This document shows, in pieces, positions 60,650 through 63,761 of a stretch of DNA of 63,761 bases (its first letter is position 1; every line of letters begins with the position of its first letter). Made by a program: the position numbers and the translations under genes. Under the pieces are notes generated by a model. The model was not told where the DNA came from. It worked only from the letters and a program-made list of their open reading frames with translations, and did not search any database. The stretch spans positions 322,965 to 386,725 of the forward strand of contig DF236969.1 in assembly GCA_000708835.1 (NCBI GenBank), given 5' to 3'. Source of the stretch: Klebsormidium nitens (taxonomy: Eukaryota > Plantae > Klebsormidiophyceae).

Positions 60650-61375
60650 GCCGCTATTTCCCTCTTCAGAAGTTAGCCACCGCTGTCAGAACTCTTTGCA
60701 TATATGAACTTGCATCATCGAGGTACTAATCTGGATTTGCACTGGTTTGCCTACACCTTTGGGGACATTGGGATATGCAGTGGAGATCTAGGTTCCAAGT
60801 CGACTCCTGCACACGGAAGAAGCGAAGTGTTCAGAAGGCTCGCAGTTGTTGGTCAGTGCCCAGCCAGCCTGGGCAGCATGCTGCTGCAACGAGTATGCTC
60901 GAGCGGCAGCAGTGCAATCTTGCCGTCGGCCAAGCTAGGCATGATTGTGCATAGCATGTACAACGCACCATATTGCCATAGGTTGCATGCCGGAAAATAA
61001 CATCTGGCTGGGTTGAATCTACACATGTCTGAGGGCGCCTCTGAAGAAAATCCTCACCAGCCATCTGATATGACGGTCCAATCGTAGCGATATGCTGTAT
61101 GGTCGAAAGTCGCATTGCATTTCACGCTCAGTAGTACCAATGTGCGAATCATATGGCATGGATAGCCTGTCAAACCCAGCATGCCCAGCACAACGTGAAG
61201 ATCGTACATGCGGCCCAGTTTCATAGAGTCCCAACATGGTTGCCTTCAAATATGTCAGAGCAGTACGTGTATGTGCTGCCTTGGGGACCCGTTTGTATAC
61301 ACAGATGTTGCTGATTGCGAATCCGGCAATCGCAATCGCGGCCGTTCGGGAAAAGGGATTACACACCGGTTATCG

Positions 61376-62948
61376 TCAGTCTATCGAGTCTGCCATACTA
61401 GTCTCGTGTTGAGTCTTTTTGAAGTCTTGCATTTTCATAAAGACCAGGTTCATCAAACTTTGCGTTGCCTTTTCCCGCAGGCGCCCTCTGTATGACCAGT
61501 CCAGAATGCTCGTTGGACCGTCCACGCCGTCAGTTGGAAACATCCAGAGTCTCAATGAGTACCCACAAAGAGCTGCGACCCTAATATTGTATGCCCTACT
61601 TTTGTTTGACTCAGCTTCTATCTTCTCAGGATAAACATCAGAACAACCACAGATCCCGCTGTCTTTGTGGTCAGAAGGGCAGACTTCTTTCAGAAAGTTC
61701 CACTTGTTGCGTTTGCCATATCGAATATCTGCAAGGTGAGCGAACTTTCTTGAAGTAGGAGGGAAGGACAATCAGTTCCTGACCCCCATGAACAAGCAAA
61801 GAGGGCAGCACACTTCATTTAGCAAAGCAAAGTCATCAAACCATCCTCACTAATCTGGAATCTAGTGTCAATTCAGTCTCAACAAATGAGTAATCAGAAA
61901 AACACAGCGATGACCTTCCAAGCGATCATGTCAGCAGACTTAGGTTCCAGGCGTTATCCTGATTACAAGGTCAAGGTTTCTTCTCACCTTCTGGGAAGTG
62001 CCGCGCCGCCGTGTTCCGAATGGCAATCTGACTCTCCCCTTTGAGTGGCGCATATTGGAGGGCAGTTTGGAATGTGGTGCTCGCATTTAGCCATGCGCTG
62101 TCTTGCCGCTCAGCTACTCTATACATGGGTACCTGAACGCTATGCTGAGCTGACTTCAAAGGTTGATTCGGTAAGGAATCAATACCTCATAAGGATTTCA
62201 ATTTGAGGGAAATGTAGAATCTGATACTTTATACTGTCCTCACCAGTCTGGGAGATGCAATAGCCTTGCCCTGACCTTTCAGCTAAGAACACAACTATGT
62301 GCACAGATCTTGCCCTGAACCTGCTGATCAGAACACAAAGCTGAGGCGCTCTCTTACCTTGAAATACTGATGTCCTGCTTTCATTGCCCACCTTGCGGAT
62401 CTTACAATCCTTCGCCAGGCCTGGTTGGTGATGAAGTGATTCCCATCAAACGGAAGGATCCACGTAGCCCCTGCAGCCTTTCCATTCTGAATTGCTGCAT
62501 TCCTCCCCTGGTTCTGAGCAGTCACAAATACTTCCCAGTCCGGCTCCGGTCTGGCAATCAACTCATCATAGTCCAGCTCTCTAGTCAGTATGTCCTCGCT
62601 CCCATAACCGTGCAGCTTCAAGAGGTCCAGAATGAGCTGCTTCTCAGTTGTATTTACAACCTGGTTGATGATCCAGCGTTTTCGGCAGTCTGGAAAGTCT
62701 GCCTCATGTTTCAAAGCATATTCTGTGTTCCAAAGTAGCTGCCCTGACGACTGAAGGGGAGGCATGTTGTTACCAATAAGCCGGAAAAGCATGAACTTAG
62801 GCGATCTGCTCTGGTGACCGAGCAAGCCACCATGCAGAATGTGTCCTGCTCCGCCATCCTTTGCAATTGCTCCCACCACTTGTAGTTCTATTGAGACGAT
62901 GATCGTAAAGCTCAGAGCCAATCTCCACCGATGGGCCTGCCACAGCAT
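61376..62948 (-). CDS. Orphan secreted or type II membrane protein with a GT-A-fold-like motif; 3 exons (62948-62358, 62132-61988, 61728-61376)
   Basis: Hydrophobic N-terminus LALSFTIIVSIELQVVGAIA. QGRNAAIQNGKAAGATWILPFDGNHF parallels the GT2 pattern RNxxL...WILFLDAD. Both introns are GT-AG with matching phases. Confidence 0.7.
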
Positions 62949-63419
62949 TTGTCCTCGCAACGAGCTACAGTAGCAACATGTGCCTTGAAGCTCTTTCGAT
63001 TGAACCGAACGTACAAGATTATGTAAAGCAGCAGCTGGGGCCCAATGGTAGCAACCATACATGTGCTTGCAGCCAGAACAAGCCAGCCCTGAATTCTATC
63101 CAGAGTGACTATCGAGATTCTACTTTCGGTATGCACACGACGGAAGAAACCGGCATCGTGCCGCCGTACGCGGAGCAAGATTACCTATCAATATGATTGT
63201 CATTGGTCGGGACCCCAGCAAACCAAATGAAGTTCGGTGTTAAATTTGGGCCAATCACAGCGCGCCACGTCATACCCCCCAAGACCCAAAAGAGTGAAGG
63301 TGTCCAGAACGGTCGTTCCAGGGGTCGAAACCTGAGGCCGGAGCCGGTACGGACCCAAATAGTACCAATCCGATCACCGGGCACTCGGAAGCAATGCCAG
63401 TGTACTCCTAAGTAGGTTA

Positions 63420-63750
63420 CCTACTTGGGAAAATTTTCTTCTCCTCCGAAAATCCAAGTACAATGTTGCAGCTTTTGCAGGTATGGCCTTACATACATAT
63501 ATATTGGCAATTTGATCCAAGAGGGAAACTCTGTACTACTAATCTGTTATATTCCCTTCTTCAAAAAGTCAATCACAATATTGCATCTTTTCTCAGGTAT
63601 GGCCTTACATACATATATATTGGCAATTTGATCCGAAGTAAAAAACTCTCTACTACTAATCTGATATATTCTCTTCTCCAAAAAGTCAATTACAATATTA
63701 CATCTTTTTCAGGTATGGCCTTACATACATACATATCTCCACTTGGGAAT
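63420..63750. repeat. AT-rich tandem repeat with a 116-bp period; two full units plus partial flanking units
   Basis: CAGGTATGGCCTTACATACATA recurs at 63478, 63594 and 63710. The first 41 nt of units 1 and 2 are identical. Confidence 0.9.
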
Positions 63751-63761
63751 TCGAGGGAAAA

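Noticed and set aside
63420-63761. CRISPR-like array
   Set aside because: Whole 116-bp units are homologous, there are no unique spacers or cas genes, and the context is eukaryotic.

Overview
This is intron-rich eukaryotic nuclear DNA, not prokaryotic. A flagellar gene (CFAP206), plastid-type genes and land-plant-like TIM44/RH17 occur together, which points to a flagellate streptophyte green alga (Klebsormidium-like; inference). I traced about 13 spliced genes by hand using GT-AG/GC-AG junctions and recalled family motifs. In order they are: an ArnT/GT83-like glycosyltransferase, a PnsB3/NDF4-like 2Fe-2S protein, a cyanobacterial-type LpxB-like glycosyltransferase, TIM44, CFAP206, a duplicated block of two P-loop-NTPase-like genes flanking two MYND-finger genes, an S9 peptidase, a mitochondrial thiamine-pyrophosphate carrier, DEAD-box helicase RH17/DBP7 and an orphan GT-A-fold-like gene. 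Top leads: (1) the first 14 kb hold three consecutive cyanobacterial-type, apparently plastid-targeted genes, two of them related to lipid A/envelope glycolipid enzymes; (2) an orphan glycosyltransferase-like gene with DGN in place of DxD; (3) a MYND paralogue whose nonsense change creates a consensus splice donor; (4) a 116-bp tandem repeat whose unit looks like a complete intron; (5) a GGTACC-dense hairpin patch. No database searches were run, so family calls rest on recalled motifs. No rRNA, tRNA, CRISPR array or intact transposase was seen.
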